Source: an uncultured Methylomirabilota bacterium (GTDB lineage: Bacteria > Methylomirabilota > Methylomirabilia > Methylomirabilales > 2-02-FULL-66-22). From it: DNA of 64,000 bases. The notes below the pieces were generated by a model. It searched no databases. It was given only the letters and a program-made list of their open reading frames with translations, and had not been told where the DNA came from. The stretch is from the NCBI GenBank assembly GCA_963705305.1, contig OY970067.1:928001-992000 (forward strand), in the 5' to 3' direction. Position numbers and translations under genes: made by a program. How positions within the stretch are numbered: the stretch's first letter is position 1; the number at the start of each line of letters is the position of its first letter. Positions 38,959 through 49,773 of the stretch are shown piece by piece.

Positions 38959-41571
38959 TCAGCGGTTCAACATTGCCTCGAGCTTCCGCTTCTCGGCGTT
39001 ATACTCCTGAACGTACCTCGCTCGCATCTTCTGGACTTCTCCGAGGTCCCTGGCGCGGTCCCCAAGCGAGTCGGCGATCTCGGCGTTTGTCTTGTAGATG
39101 TCGATATACTCGAAGCTCTTCATCTCGATTTTGATTGCCGAGAATGCCACTCCGGCGACCACCGACGATTTCGTTGCAACGTCCTCTGCATGAATCCATT
39201 CGGGGCTGTGTCCGATGCTCGGGCCGGGCCGCGGCGCAAACCCCTCTCCCTCCCGAACCCAATCCGGGCTGTTCGGCATCAAGTATTTTCGCACGGTGAT
39301 TGCGTCATCAGCGAGTTCTTGCGCAGTCTTGATCAAACGTTCCGGATCCGACGTGCCCTGCTTGGCTCTCTCGATTTCCTCGAGATACCCGCTCGCCAAT
39401 TCCTTGAGCTTTGCAAGATCCTCGACGGTCTCCAGGAAGTGCTCGGCGTTCCGCCGCTCTTGAGTCATCACCGGCGAATTTGCCCAATCGAGCTTGCGCA
39501 GATTCAGAAGCAGGGAAAAGGCGGTCTCTTTGGCTTCGTCGAGCAGCTCTTGTTTCTTCTGGTCGCTTTGGTCCTTCAGCCTGGTCAGTTCCTGCATAGC
39601 GCCCATCCGCTCTTTCGTTTGAGCGTTGATGATGCGGTCGTAATAACCGAGCATTTCCGCCTTTTGCCGGACCTTTTCAAGCTGGAGCAAGACTTCAACC
39701 GAGTCCGTCTTTTGCGAGAGCTCGCTTTGCCTCAGGCTCACGTATTGGAGCGCCTGCTGGCCTCCTCGGGCCGGGGCAACCCATCCCGGCAGATCGTGCA
39801 CCGGACTCGGCGGCTCGACGATCTTGAGGGTGCGGTACACCTCGCTCAGCTCGGCGTTGGGCTGTTTGAGCGACGGCACGGTCATGTTGACGACCGGTAC
39901 TTCTGGAAGGTCTCCCTTTCGCAGCGTCCACCAGTCTTCCACGCGCATATCGACGCCGCCCGCAGCGGTAATAATCGAGCCGACCGGCCCCGATTTGATC
40001 GCAATGGCCATGTGGATGACCCCCGGATACTCGACAGGAGGATTCCAAGACCCACGGCCTTCGGACGGAAACCGCAACGCGACGCCGCGCTTCTTGAGCC
40101 ACTCCGCAACGGCGATCGTCTTCATGGCTTCACGCATCTGCTGGAGGATCGGATATGCCCCTGCGATTTCATCATAGTGGGCGCTCAGCTCGTCGGCGTA
40201 TTCCTTCAGGAGCGGATCGGCGACGCTCCGACCACCTGAGTATTTTTCGAGATTGAACCTCATCTTGAAGGCGCTAAACCGCATCGCGTTGCCGTCCTGC
40301 GATTCAACGATTTCGATCGCGCCGGTAGAAATCCACGTGTGTCCTTGAGTCGCCGGAGCGCGGTCCTTGGTTCGCCGCCACTCGAAGTAGGTGCGATACT
40401 GCGGTACCGCCTTCTTCAGCTCGGGATTGTCGGGAAGTGATTTGCAGAAGACATCGGCCTCGAAGGCCGTGTGAGCCAAGAGGGACGTTGGGGGAAGCCC
40501 CGTGAACACGGGCCGGACCCGCGGCTCGACGCCGAGAATTTGCTTCATGATCGCCGGGGGAACATGGATTTCGGAGTACTTCCGGAAGAGCTCGTCGTAT
40601 GCGGTTTTGAGCCACGCCTTCTGGTTTGCCGGTGTCACGATCTGGGCGACTGCCTGGTTGAGGGCCTCATCGAAACCGTAGCCTCGTCCCCTCAACATTC
40701 GATATTGCTGAACATAGGCGTCCGCGTTCTGGCCGAACACCCCGGCCACGCCTCCGATGTAGAGCGGCATGGCCGTATCCATCAGTTGCGCCTGCGAGAT
40801 TTCACCCGCCCTATATCGCCGGGCAGCGTCCGCGATGGCATCGTAGATGCCCAGAACGCGCGTCAAATCCTCGAATTCCTGCCGGCCCGATTCCCCTCGA
40901 TTCAGAGCCTCGTCGCGTGCCCCGATCAACGCGATGGCCCGAGCTTCCTTCGTGCGGCCCAGGGCCGCGAAGACCTGGCTGTTGGCCTCGTAACGGGTCA
41001 TGCCCGCCCTGACCTGCGCCCCTCCCTGACTGAGCCACCATTCGCCGATGGGGGTCAGTCGTCCGTTCGAATCGAAGATATTCGCGAGCCTGTCAACCAA
41101 TTCGCTATCCGGCATCTGCAGGGCGCGATCTACCTGTCGCTCGGAGGCGGCTGTCCATTCCAGGCTGAATATCGGCGACTGGCTTTCCATGCCGGTTGCC
41201 AGATAATCGAGATAGGGAACCGGCAGGACGGCATTGCTGTTCTGCTTATGACCGAACAAGGAGACTGTGCCGGTCACGGGGTCAACCGTTGCCCCATCCA
41301 GCGAATCGAAATCAATGAGAGCTTGCAGGCTATAGACTCCCAATAACGGCTGCGTGATAGAGATGGTGGGGGTAGCCGCCCAGCCCGTCGCGGCGGGAGA
41401 AGGGCCGCTCTCCGGCCCCTGCGCAAATGGCCTCTTTTTCGCAAGTCGGCTTGGTCCAGCATCAAATGAACTCCCCGGACGCTTCATGGCCTGGCCGTCG
41501 AACTGCACACAGGCGCCCATGAAACCCACTGCCAGCAGCATGAGAGCCAATTGCATCGCAATCTTTCTCAT
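38959..41571 (-). CDS. Large lipoprotein with a DUF1598-like core and C-terminal coiled coils
   Basis: FMGAC lipobox; GLPPTSLLAHTAFEADVFCK; AGGV. Confidence 0.7.
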   Translation of the reverse strand: MRKIAMQLALMLLAVGFMGACVQFDGQAMKRPGSSFDAGPSRLAKKRPFAQGPESGPSPAATGWAATPTISITQPLLGVYSLQALIDFDSLDGATVDPVTGTVSLFGHKQNSNAVLPVPYLDYLATGMESQSPIFSLEWTAASERQVDRALQMPDSELVDRLANIFDSNGRLTPIGEWWLSQGGAQVRAGMTRYEANSQVFAALGRTKEARAIALIGARDEALNRGESGRQEFEDLTRVLGIYDAIADAARRYRAGEISQAQLMDTAMPLYIGGVAGVFGQNADAYVQQYRMLRGRGYGFDEALNQAVAQIVTPANQKAWLKTAYDELFRKYSEIHVPPAIMKQILGVEPRVRPVFTGLPPTSLLAHTAFEADVFCKSLPDNPELKKAVPQYRTYFEWRRTKDRAPATQGHTWISTGAIEIVESQDGNAMRFSAFKMRFNLEKYSGGRSVADPLLKEYADELSAHYDEIAGAYPILQQMREAMKTIAVAEWLKKRGVALRFPSEGRGSWNPPVEYPGVIHMAIAIKSGPVGSIITAAGGVDMRVEDWWTLRKGDLPEVPVVNMTVPSLKQPNAELSEVYRTLKIVEPPSPVHDLPGWVAPARGGQQALQYVSLRQSELSQKTDSVEVLLQLEKVRQKAEMLGYYDRIINAQTKERMGAMQELTRLKDQSDQKKQELLDEAKETAFSLLLNLRKLDWANSPVMTQERRNAEHFLETVEDLAKLKELASGYLEEIERAKQGTSDPERLIKTAQELADDAITVRKYLMPNSPDWVREGEGFAPRPGPSIGHSPEWIHAEDVATKSSVVAGVAFSAIKIEMKSFEYIDIYKTNAEIADSLGDRARDLGEVQKMRARYVQEYNAEKRKLEAMLNR

Positions 41572-41802
41572 TTTCCCCTTCCTTGTTCGTCGCCGACTGG
41601 GGAACCGCTCTCGGAGCGGGCGCCTGGATGGAGCGCCAATGTTCAGCGTCCCAAGCGGGACGCCGGGTTCAACGGGGATGAATTGAAGTGAAAGCCTATC
41701 GAACTATATGGGAAAGTCAACACGCGGACAACCGGTGCCTCTAGTTTATGGCGCAGTTGCGCCACGTGTCCCCGCCCCCGCCCCGGTGCCCGCAGTCCTG
41801 GC

Positions 41803-42501
41803 TCACCGGCCTAGCGCGGCCCGGAGCTCCGCCTTCGCGGCGGCGAAGGGCTCCGCGAACGCCGGATCGTTCATCGCCAGCGCGGCCAGCACCGTTCCCG
41901 CGATGCGGCCCGCCTCGATGTCGCTTCGGTAGTGGACCCCGCAGACCAGCCGGCTCTCGGCGAATTCTTGCGTCCGCGCAAAGATCTCCGCCCGCTGCTC
42001 CGGGACCATGGCCGCCAGGATGATCCCCATGAGATACCCGACGGTCGCATGCCCGGACGGATAGGAGAGGTTGAATGCCCGGGGGCAGACGGGACGGAGA
42101 TCGGGCGCGAGGATGTAGGGCCGCGGGCGGCCGAAGCCCTGTTTCGCCGGAGCGATGACGCGGGCCGCCAGTACGTCCACCTGATGGAACAGCGCCGCCG
42201 TATGCGGGACCTGGGCTCCTGTCAGCGGCGTTGAGAACACCAGGGTGAGCCTGAAGACCGTCTCCTCGACATCCGCCTGAGCGACGGCCACCCGGGCGGG
42301 CAAGCGGCTCTGCTGGATCTGCCGCAGCTCGTCGAGCTCCCTCTGGGTCTGCGGGTCCTGCGGCCCGGGAGGAGGCGCCAGCAACTCGAGCAGATTCACC
42401 GTATCCTTCGCGAGGAGGTATGCCTCCGCGGCCTGCGCGGGCCCAGTCCCCGACAGAGCGACCACGGCTATGCCTATGACGATCCCGCGGAGCAGCTTCA
42501 T
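41803..42501 (-). CDS. Secreted class A acid phosphatase (PAP2)
   Basis: K..FGRPRP, SYPSGH, SRLVCGVHYRSD. Confidence 0.92.
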   Translation of the reverse strand: MKLLRGIVIGIAVVALSGTGPAQAAEAYLLAKDTVNLLELLAPPPGPQDPQTQRELDELRQIQQSRLPARVAVAQADVEETVFRLTLVFSTPLTGAQVPHTAALFHQVDVLAARVIAPAKQGFGRPRPYILAPDLRPVCPRAFNLSYPSGHATVGYLMGIILAAMVPEQRAEIFARTQEFAESRLVCGVHYRSDIEAGRIAGTVLAALAMNDPAFAEPFAAAKAELRAALGR

Positions 42502-43079
42502 GTGGTTCCCCTTCTCACGTCCAATCGGCCTCCCCGTCCCCGGGAAAGGCGCGGTCGTCCCCGACGGTCGCAGGTTGATATCGAGGTGGAGCGAACAGCG
42601 CCTGTCAGTTGCGCGGTTGCCACCCCGTTAGAATTTCATGGCGAGTTCCGAGGCGTGGTCTACTCTAGCTCTGATCGCGGGTGCGCTGCAAGACAGGGCC
42701 GCATAGCATCGGATCCCCATGCAGAGGAGGGCCTTGCGCCGTCTCCATCCCCCGCCAAACCTGCCTGGATCCTCCGCGAAGCCTCTCCCATGTCATGGTG
42801 CAGGGAATCGAGCATAACTCCCCGTTCCGCGACGACACAGACCAGCGGAGTCCGTCTGGCGCCTCGCAATGCTGTCACATGTCCTATTGCCGCGGGAGCG
42901 CCACGGGTATCCGGACGTAACGTCCTGTATTCAGGTAGATACCCTCTCTTCCGTTGCCTGAATGTCCCCTGCTGTGGCCCAGAGCAAGAAAAGCCGAAAG
43001 GAAAGCACGGTTCGCCTACCATCCCTGGAGAGGAAGGACTAGATTATGGGTGCCCAAGTCTCCGTCGCGGAGGAACGCC

Positions 43080-43880
43080 ATGGGAGAATCGATCCTTGTC
43101 GTGGATGACGACTCTGCGATCGGTGAGGCCATGGCCAGCGCCCTCGGCCGACAGTACCAGGTACGCCTCGCCTACACCGGGGCGGAGGCGATCGATGCGA
43201 TCTCGGAGACCACCTTTGACCTGATTTTCCTGGACTACCGCCTCCCGGATCTGCTCGGCACCGACCTCCTCAAGCTGATCAAACGCTTCTTCCCGGCCAC
43301 CCTGGTCGTCCTGATCACCGGCCAGGGGTCGGAAGAGGTGGCCGTCGCGGCGCTGCAGGCGGGGGCGCGCGACTACCTCCGGAAGCCGTTCAGCCTCCCG
43401 GAGCTCGAGGCGCGGGTGGCCTCGCTGCTCGCCCTCCGCCGTGAAGGCCGGGAGCGGCGGCAGGATCCCTACCTCCACTTCCCGGAGCCGGCCCCCGGGC
43501 GCCCCGACCCGGATGCCGATCGCTCACGCTCGGTCTTCCGCGCCATCCAGTTCGTCGAAGCCCACCTCGACGCCCGGCTCACCCTGGAGACCGTCGCCCG
43601 CATCGCCGGCATGAGCAAGTTCCACTTCTGCCGCCGCTTCAAGGCCGTCACGGGGCTCTCCTTCCAAGCGTTCCTCACCCAGAAGCGCATCGCCCGCGCC
43701 AAGGAGTTGCTCCGAGGGGATGGCGTGCGCATCGGCAACGTCGCCCGCGCGGTGGGCTTTGGGGACCTCACCCATTTCGGACGGGTCTTCCGGAAGCTCG
43801 AGCACGTCCTCCCGAGCGAGTTCCGGAAGAGCCCCGCAGCGCAGCCGTTCGAGGGCGAGGCTGGACGGACGACCCAATGA
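43080..43880 (+). CDS. Response regulator with AraC HTH output
   Basis: ILVVDD, FLDYRLP, KPF; MSKFHFCRRFK, VGFGD..HF.RVF. Confidence 0.92.
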   Translation: MGESILVVDDDSAIGEAMASALGRQYQVRLAYTGAEAIDAISETTFDLIFLDYRLPDLLGTDLLKLIKRFFPATLVVLITGQGSEEVAVAALQAGARDYLRKPFSLPELEARVASLLALRREGRERRQDPYLHFPEPAPGRPDPDADRSRSVFRAIQFVEAHLDARLTLETVARIAGMSKFHFCRRFKAVTGLSFQAFLTQKRIARAKELLRGDGVRIGNVARAVGFGDLTHFGRVFRKLEHVLPSEFRKSPAAQPFEGEAGRTTQ

Positions 43881-44153
43881 CCGCAACGGACACCCACTGC
43901 GCAAGAGCCCTATCTCTGCCGGAAGTCGGCTGGATGGACGGGGGAAACGTCTCCAAACCGCACGGCACCTTTATGCGCAGCGGGGTGTAGACCGCGACAG
44001 CGATTCAGGTAAGCCCCTGTGGGGTCGCACAGGGTCCAAGGAGAACGGGGGGTTAGAAAGGGCTTTTATGACCATGCTCCGTGCTGTATCGCTTGCAGCA
44101 TAACGCCTCTCACCTCACCCATTACGAAGCGAGACCACCCGCAGGAGGGAACC

Positions 44154-44957
44154 ATGACAAAGCCCACCCGTTGGCTATTTGCGTTGGCTGTCTGCGTTTT
44201 CCTGACCAGTTGTAGCTTTTCGTCCATCGTCAGGGAACTGAAGGAGGACCCAGCCGTTGTTGCCACCACAGGATTCTACACATCCATTGGCTTCGACCCG
44301 TCGCCTTCAACCGGCATGGTGCCTCTGCCGAATATTAAGCTGGGCCATGGAACGGCCGTCAGGGTTGGCATCCATGATTGTATCTTTCTGAGCGATGCAA
44401 CTGGCGCCAGAGCATACATCAACACCCAGCCTCAAAACTTGGACGACAACACCCAGTCCCAAACCCAGGGGGATGCTACCCAAACCTCTGGGAATCCACC
44501 AAGCGCCGCGGCGGCGTCATCCGCCTCTCCACAAAGTTCGCCGCCAGCTCAAAGCGGGGCAGGATCACAACCAACCCCTCCCTCGAGTCCGTCAGCGACG
44601 GCTACTTCACCCGCGTCACCAGGAAACACTGCCAATAAGGCCACGGGCGTCCCATCGCAAGCTTCTCAATCGCCTTGTATCCCCCAAGCGGCCCAGATCA
44701 TGGGGCCTGCAGCTTCCGGGACGGGAGCGGGAGGTGAGTCGTATCTCACGATTTCCGCGAGCGGACTTGACGGATTAAAAGCCCGCTGGCAATCACAATC
44801 GAAATGTATCGATTATCTCCCGGAAATTCTAAAGGCCATCAAGGCAGGCAATCTGACCGTGGCCGATGCCACCACCCTCCTCAACTCGTTGAAGTGCGCG
44901 TCCGGTCCTCTACCGTCTGAGAGCGCTCCGCAGAGTGGACAGAAGCCGGGGAGCTAG
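44154..44957 (+). CDS. Lipoprotein with a Ser/Pro-rich insert
   Basis: FLTSC lipobox; AGGAGG RBS. Confidence 0.75.
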   Translation: MTKPTRWLFALAVCVFLTSCSFSSIVRELKEDPAVVATTGFYTSIGFDPSPSTGMVPLPNIKLGHGTAVRVGIHDCIFLSDATGARAYINTQPQNLDDNTQSQTQGDATQTSGNPPSAAAASSASPQSSPPAQSGAGSQPTPPSSPSATATSPASPGNTANKATGVPSQASQSPCIPQAAQIMGPAASGTGAGGESYLTISASGLDGLKARWQSQSKCIDYLPEILKAIKAGNLTVADATTLLNSLKCASGPLPSESAPQSGQKPGS

Positions 44958-44964
44958 AAGCTCA

Positions 44965-45495
44965 ATGAGGCGGCTAACGACGGCGACCCAACGTCCGAGG
45001 TACCTGGCTGCACTGGCGACTTTCATGGTGCTCTGCAGCTTCGTGAACAGTTGCGCGCACCTCGAGGTGGTTCGGCTACCATCTCAGCCGTCCGCCGCCA
45101 GCAAACCGACGGACGGAACAATCCAGCTCCGCCTCACACAGCCCGCATGGGAGGTCGAGCTTGACGACGGTGCCCCGCTGGCGGACGTAAGGGTTCGCGC
45201 TCGTGCTGTGAACGTCGCAGATCCCGAACAGGTCTACACAGTCAGGCTCATCCCAGGGCTCCTTGACCACAACAGACTGAAGATTGTCGAGCCAAGCCCT
45301 TCCATTCCGGGTCTGAGGTGCGGGGCTAATAGAACAACGGCACCCCACCTCCTCACGTTGGTGATTTGCCCGGAACTCCTAGCAGAAGTGGCAGACTTCC
45401 CTACAGAGGAGGACATCCTGGCGCGCTTCCGGAATACCGGACAACGTGTGTTCATCTTCGTCCGACCCGAGAGATCCGCTTTGCCAAAGCCGTAG
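44965..45495 (+). CDS. Probable lipoprotein
   Basis: Signal ending FVNSC; 7 bp after the upstream stop. Confidence 0.6.
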   Translation: MRRLTTATQRPRYLAALATFMVLCSFVNSCAHLEVVRLPSQPSAASKPTDGTIQLRLTQPAWEVELDDGAPLADVRVRARAVNVADPEQVYTVRLIPGLLDHNRLKIVEPSPSIPGLRCGANRTTAPHLLTLVICPELLAEVADFPTEEDILARFRNTGQRVFIFVRPERSALPKP

Positions 45496-45502
45496 GATTC
45501 AC

Positions 45503-46003
45503 ATGGATAGGAAGATCCCCCGAGACGACATCCCCTGGGCCAGCGTGTGGTTGCCTATTCTGCTTGCAGTCGAATTCATAGTTGGGTGCGCAGGACCACT
45601 TATCCGAGGCGGTGAAATTCACATCGGGCGGACCATCGCATTAACATTTACAACCGATGTAGAGCCCCTTGGCGATGCCATTCCCGCCAAACAGGCCCAC
45701 CTTTATCGTGGCGTTGTATATGTTGTCGTCGGCAATTGTGATGTCGACCCAGGACGAGTCGGCGCCGCTGCGTCGGACCGCGGAGCCTCCTGCCGTGTTC
45801 GTGTGGCCGATCTCGGAATCCTTGCCCTCGCATCTCCTGACCGGTTCTATAAGCTCGATTACCGGGGCTGGATTTTCTCGTCCGGCCTTTTGTCAGTCGA
45901 GTTTAACGACAATAGCACACTCCACTCGCTCAGGGTTACCGAAGAGCCGGCTGGCCCGGACCTTTACTTGAACTTCGGCCCTCTTGGCCCAGGTGTCCGA
46001 TGA
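45503..46003 (+). CDS. Probable lipoprotein
   Basis: FIVGC lipobox; 7 bp after the upstream stop. Confidence 0.65.
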   Translation: MDRKIPRDDIPWASVWLPILLAVEFIVGCAGPLIRGGEIHIGRTIALTFTTDVEPLGDAIPAKQAHLYRGVVYVVVGNCDVDPGRVGAAASDRGASCRVRVADLGILALASPDRFYKLDYRGWIFSSGLLSVEFNDNSTLHSLRVTEEPAGPDLYLNFGPLGPGVR

Positions 46004-46195
46004 AAGAGCGTGCGAACTGCGACCCAGCACCTCCCCCATGGCCACACGTGGAGCAACCCGAAAATGACTTGATGCCACTCCCCGGTCGCGGGATGTTCGG
46101 GTGCGTTAACGCTCGCCTGGCCCGCGCTCCGAACCCGAAGGCACGCGGCCCCGGCTCAAAGCAACTGCCCCTCACCTCTTCCAAGGGAGAAGACG

Positions 46196-48490
46196 ATGAT
46201 GCCAGATCAATCGGAGGGCCCGTTTTGCTTTGAACACGTTCTCTCGGGAGAGCTGGACAATCTTCGCAAGCCCGGCGCGGGAAACGTCATTTCCCGCGCA
46301 CAGGCCGCTGGCCTCACTGGGCTGGCCTTCTCTGGCGGCGGCATCCGCAGCGCTACCTTCAATCTGGGTGTGTTTCAAGCTTTGCGCGAGCTAAGCCTTG
46401 ATCCTTGCTTCGACTACGTCTCGACCGTTTCGGGTGGCGGCTACATCGGCAGCTGTCTTTCGGCCTGGAAAAATCGGCCGAGTACGCCGCCGGTGGGTGA
46501 GGAGAAGGTTGTCGGCTGGCTGCGCAAGTACAGCAACTACCTCACGCCGCGCATCGGCCTGCTGACGGCGGACACGCTTTCATTTGTCATCTCGTACCTG
46601 CGCAACCTGCTGTTGAACCTGTTGCAGTTGACCTTCCTGTTCACGGCGGTTCTGCTCTTGCCCATTTTGTTCGAATACTTGAGCGAGGCGATCCCCGGCG
46701 TTCGACTGTGGCTTTGGGCAATTGCCGCGCTTCTGTTCGCGGTAGGGATGGGGTGGCTGAACGTGGCGCGTATCACCAAGCCGCCGTACCGATGGTGGGA
46801 ATGGCCGGTAGGGGTGTGCTGGCTGGTGGCGCTGCCGCTGGTTTTGTATTCGCTGCTGGCCACCTGGGCAGCGGAGCATTCCAGGCTACTGGGAACCGGG
46901 TTGCAGATGGTGCGTCTGACTCACGTGTTCGGGCCTCCCGCGTTTATCCTGGCGTTCTCGCTGTTCTTGATGCTCTGCATAGGGATGTTGGGCAACTGCT
47001 TCGCCGAGGAGAAGCGGGAATGGTGGGCGCGCGTGGGAGGGTATCTTGTCAATTTCATGGTGGCCTGGCTCCTAGTGAGCGGCCTGGCATTCTACGCTTC
47101 GCAGGGCCTGGACAAGTTGGCCTCGTTGCCATGGCTGAATCGCCTGCTGAGCGTCGGCTGGGTGGTATCCACAGTGAGTGGGGTCCTCGCTGGAAAGAGC
47201 TGTGCGACCGGGAAGCCAGGTAACAAGACTGCGCTCGAACTGGTCGCACGGGTGGGCCCAGTCGTATTCTGCGTGGGCCTGCTGGCGCTGCTCGCGGCGG
47301 GCATCCAAATACTGATTGAGTCGTTGCCGTCGGCGCACCACGTCTATTGGCCCCCGATCATCTGGTTGACCAGCGTGGTCCTCATGGTTCTGTGCGCCTA
47401 CCAGTTGGACATCAATCAATTCTCGATGCACCTGCTATATCACAAGCGCCTGGTGCGGTGTTATCTCGGAGCCTCGAACTCGTCGCGCAATCGCCATCCT
47501 TTTACTGGATACGACAGGAACGACGACGTGAAGCTCATGAATCTCGCCAACCAGCGGCCATACCACTTACTGAACGCCACGTTGAACTTGACCAAGAGCA
47601 AGGATCTAGCCTGGCAAGAGCGCAAAGCGGCAGCCTTCCTGTTCTCGCCACTCTACTCCGGCTACGGGCTGCCCGATGCTCCAGAAGGTTACCGGCCGAC
47701 TGCGCATTACGGCTATAGGGACGAAGGGCCATACCTGGGGACTGCCATGAGCATATCGGGCGCCGCGGTCAGTCCCAACATGGGTTACCACACGTCCGCG
47801 GCCGTGGCGTTCCTGATGACCGTGTTCAACGTGCGATTAGGGTGGTGGATGGGCAATCCGCGCCGCGCCACCTGGCAGAGTGACAGCCCGCCGTTAAATC
47901 TTCTCTACCTGCTGAGGGAACTATTTGGCGCCACGGACGAGGACTCCAATTACGTTTACCTCTCTGATGGAGGCCACTTTGAGAACTTGGCGCTGTATGA
48001 ACTGGTACGCCGTCGCTGCCGTCTGATCTTGGTCTGTGACGCCGAGGAGGATCCTGACTACAAGTTCGAGGGCCTGGCGAGCGCCATCCGGAAATGCAGG
48101 ACCGACTTCGGCATCAACATCGATATCGACGTGAAGAAGATCCGACCGACCGGTGATCCGCCGCGCAGCGAGCAACCCATCGCGGTGGGCACGATCGACT
48201 ACGGCGCGGGCGACCCATGCATCCTGATTTACCTCAAGGCTTCGCTCGTGGGCGACGAGCCGACGGACATACAGAACTACCACTCCGCCCACCCCGCGTT
48301 CCCGCACGAGCCCACGGCCGACCAGTGGTTCAGTGAATCGCAGTTCGAAAGCTATCGGCAGCTAGGATATCACATCACAAAGAGTGTGTTCTATCATGCG
48401 GGGAAGGCGGGCTCGAACGCAGGGACTCTGTATGCGGCGTTGCGGTCAACGTCGACGGGGGAGGGGCTGGAAGGACCACGTAGTGCTTGA
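46196..48490 (+). CDS. Patatin/cPLA2-like phospholipase with a multi-TM insertion
   Basis: SGGGIRS, STVSGG, LSDGGHFEN; about 8 TM helices between the motifs. Confidence 0.9.
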   Translation: MMPDQSEGPFCFEHVLSGELDNLRKPGAGNVISRAQAAGLTGLAFSGGGIRSATFNLGVFQALRELSLDPCFDYVSTVSGGGYIGSCLSAWKNRPSTPPVGEEKVVGWLRKYSNYLTPRIGLLTADTLSFVISYLRNLLLNLLQLTFLFTAVLLLPILFEYLSEAIPGVRLWLWAIAALLFAVGMGWLNVARITKPPYRWWEWPVGVCWLVALPLVLYSLLATWAAEHSRLLGTGLQMVRLTHVFGPPAFILAFSLFLMLCIGMLGNCFAEEKREWWARVGGYLVNFMVAWLLVSGLAFYASQGLDKLASLPWLNRLLSVGWVVSTVSGVLAGKSCATGKPGNKTALELVARVGPVVFCVGLLALLAAGIQILIESLPSAHHVYWPPIIWLTSVVLMVLCAYQLDINQFSMHLLYHKRLVRCYLGASNSSRNRHPFTGYDRNDDVKLMNLANQRPYHLLNATLNLTKSKDLAWQERKAAAFLFSPLYSGYGLPDAPEGYRPTAHYGYRDEGPYLGTAMSISGAAVSPNMGYHTSAAVAFLMTVFNVRLGWWMGNPRRATWQSDSPPLNLLYLLRELFGATDEDSNYVYLSDGGHFENLALYELVRRRCRLILVCDAEEDPDYKFEGLASAIRKCRTDFGINIDIDVKKIRPTGDPPRSEQPIAVGTIDYGAGDPCILIYLKASLVGDEPTDIQNYHSAHPAFPHEPTADQWFSESQFESYRQLGYHITKSVFYHAGKAGSNAGTLYAALRSTSTGEGLEGPRSA

Positions 48491-49773
48491 GGTGGCGCAA
48501 TCCTGAACACGCCCCGCAGGAATGACGCACCCAAGCACCAATTGTGGATCCATGAACAACTCGGCTGTTAACCTTAAGACCAGATCTTCACCGACGATGC
48601 CGTGGGCCGTGCCATCGGTGGTACCAAAAAGGGGTCGCGAGATACCGTTACGCGGTTTGCCCAATGGGGGTGCGGGGAGGATGGTCGCATCCTCATAGTT
48701 CACTGCTTGGACCCTCGCGCTGTGCGAAGGGTTGAACGACTTATCGGCTTGACCCTCCTTCTCCGGAATACGCCTTTGGTTCGGGACCTAAAGATTCAGT
48801 CGTCGTGTCTGCTTTCGCAATCCCTTCTTCGTTGTTTTTGTCAGGTCCTTGGGGACGTATTAAGGGACGTTGCCAACTACGTCAATGTGTACATACGGAA
48901 CATCGGCCCTGAATGAACGAGAGCGGTATTTCCCGTTACACTAGACTTCGCCCGTGCCTCACCCACTCACCCCTCAACCCCCCCAGGATCTTCCACCACG
49001 CGATGGTGCGAGGCGCTGAGCGCATCGCTGTCTTCCGGGATGACACGGACCCCGCGGACTTCGTCGCCCGTTTCGCAATGCTGCCGCATCCCCTGCTGTT
49101 GCGGGGGCGCCAGGAGTGTCCGGATGCAACGTCCCGTATTCCGGCGTCATTACCGCCCTCGCGGTAACGGGTAGTGTGGCCCCACGACGGACGTATGGAT
49201 CGCACACAGGAAGATCGACGAGCGAACACGCGCAGGATGGAATGAAAGGTCTTCAGAACGAGATGCGCTCCACGCGACGGTCACCGAGAGCGCATCAGCA
49301 TCGAAGCGCAAAGGCAACTCTTCTGCGCGCCAGCCCCGAGTTTCATTTCCACTCCCTAAAGATGATTCTACTCAAGGCGATTTCAGACCAAACGGAGAGG
49401 GAAAGTCAATGGCAAGTTATCTACTTTCAGTGTATTGGCCAGTGCTCTTTCTTTTCACTATTGCCTGCGGCGTATGGGCTCTGATGCTAGTGGGGGCGTG
49501 GGCTGGTACGCTTACGAATCCCTGGAGTATTGTCCGGCGGCTAGCACTGCGAAAGAACGTCGCTGACAAGATCATGCGCTCATTGGTACATGAGTTAATA
49601 ACATTAATCGGCGCAGCCGGCCTTCTTGGAGTCACGGTGATACAATCTGTTTCGCTGCAGCACACGTACGATGAACTCCAGAGCACATATGATAGACAGG
49701 CGGTTGTTCTCCTATCCCGTGTTCGCGGTGATGATACACCGACGGACGTCAGCTCCGCGGTTCAAGCCCTAGC

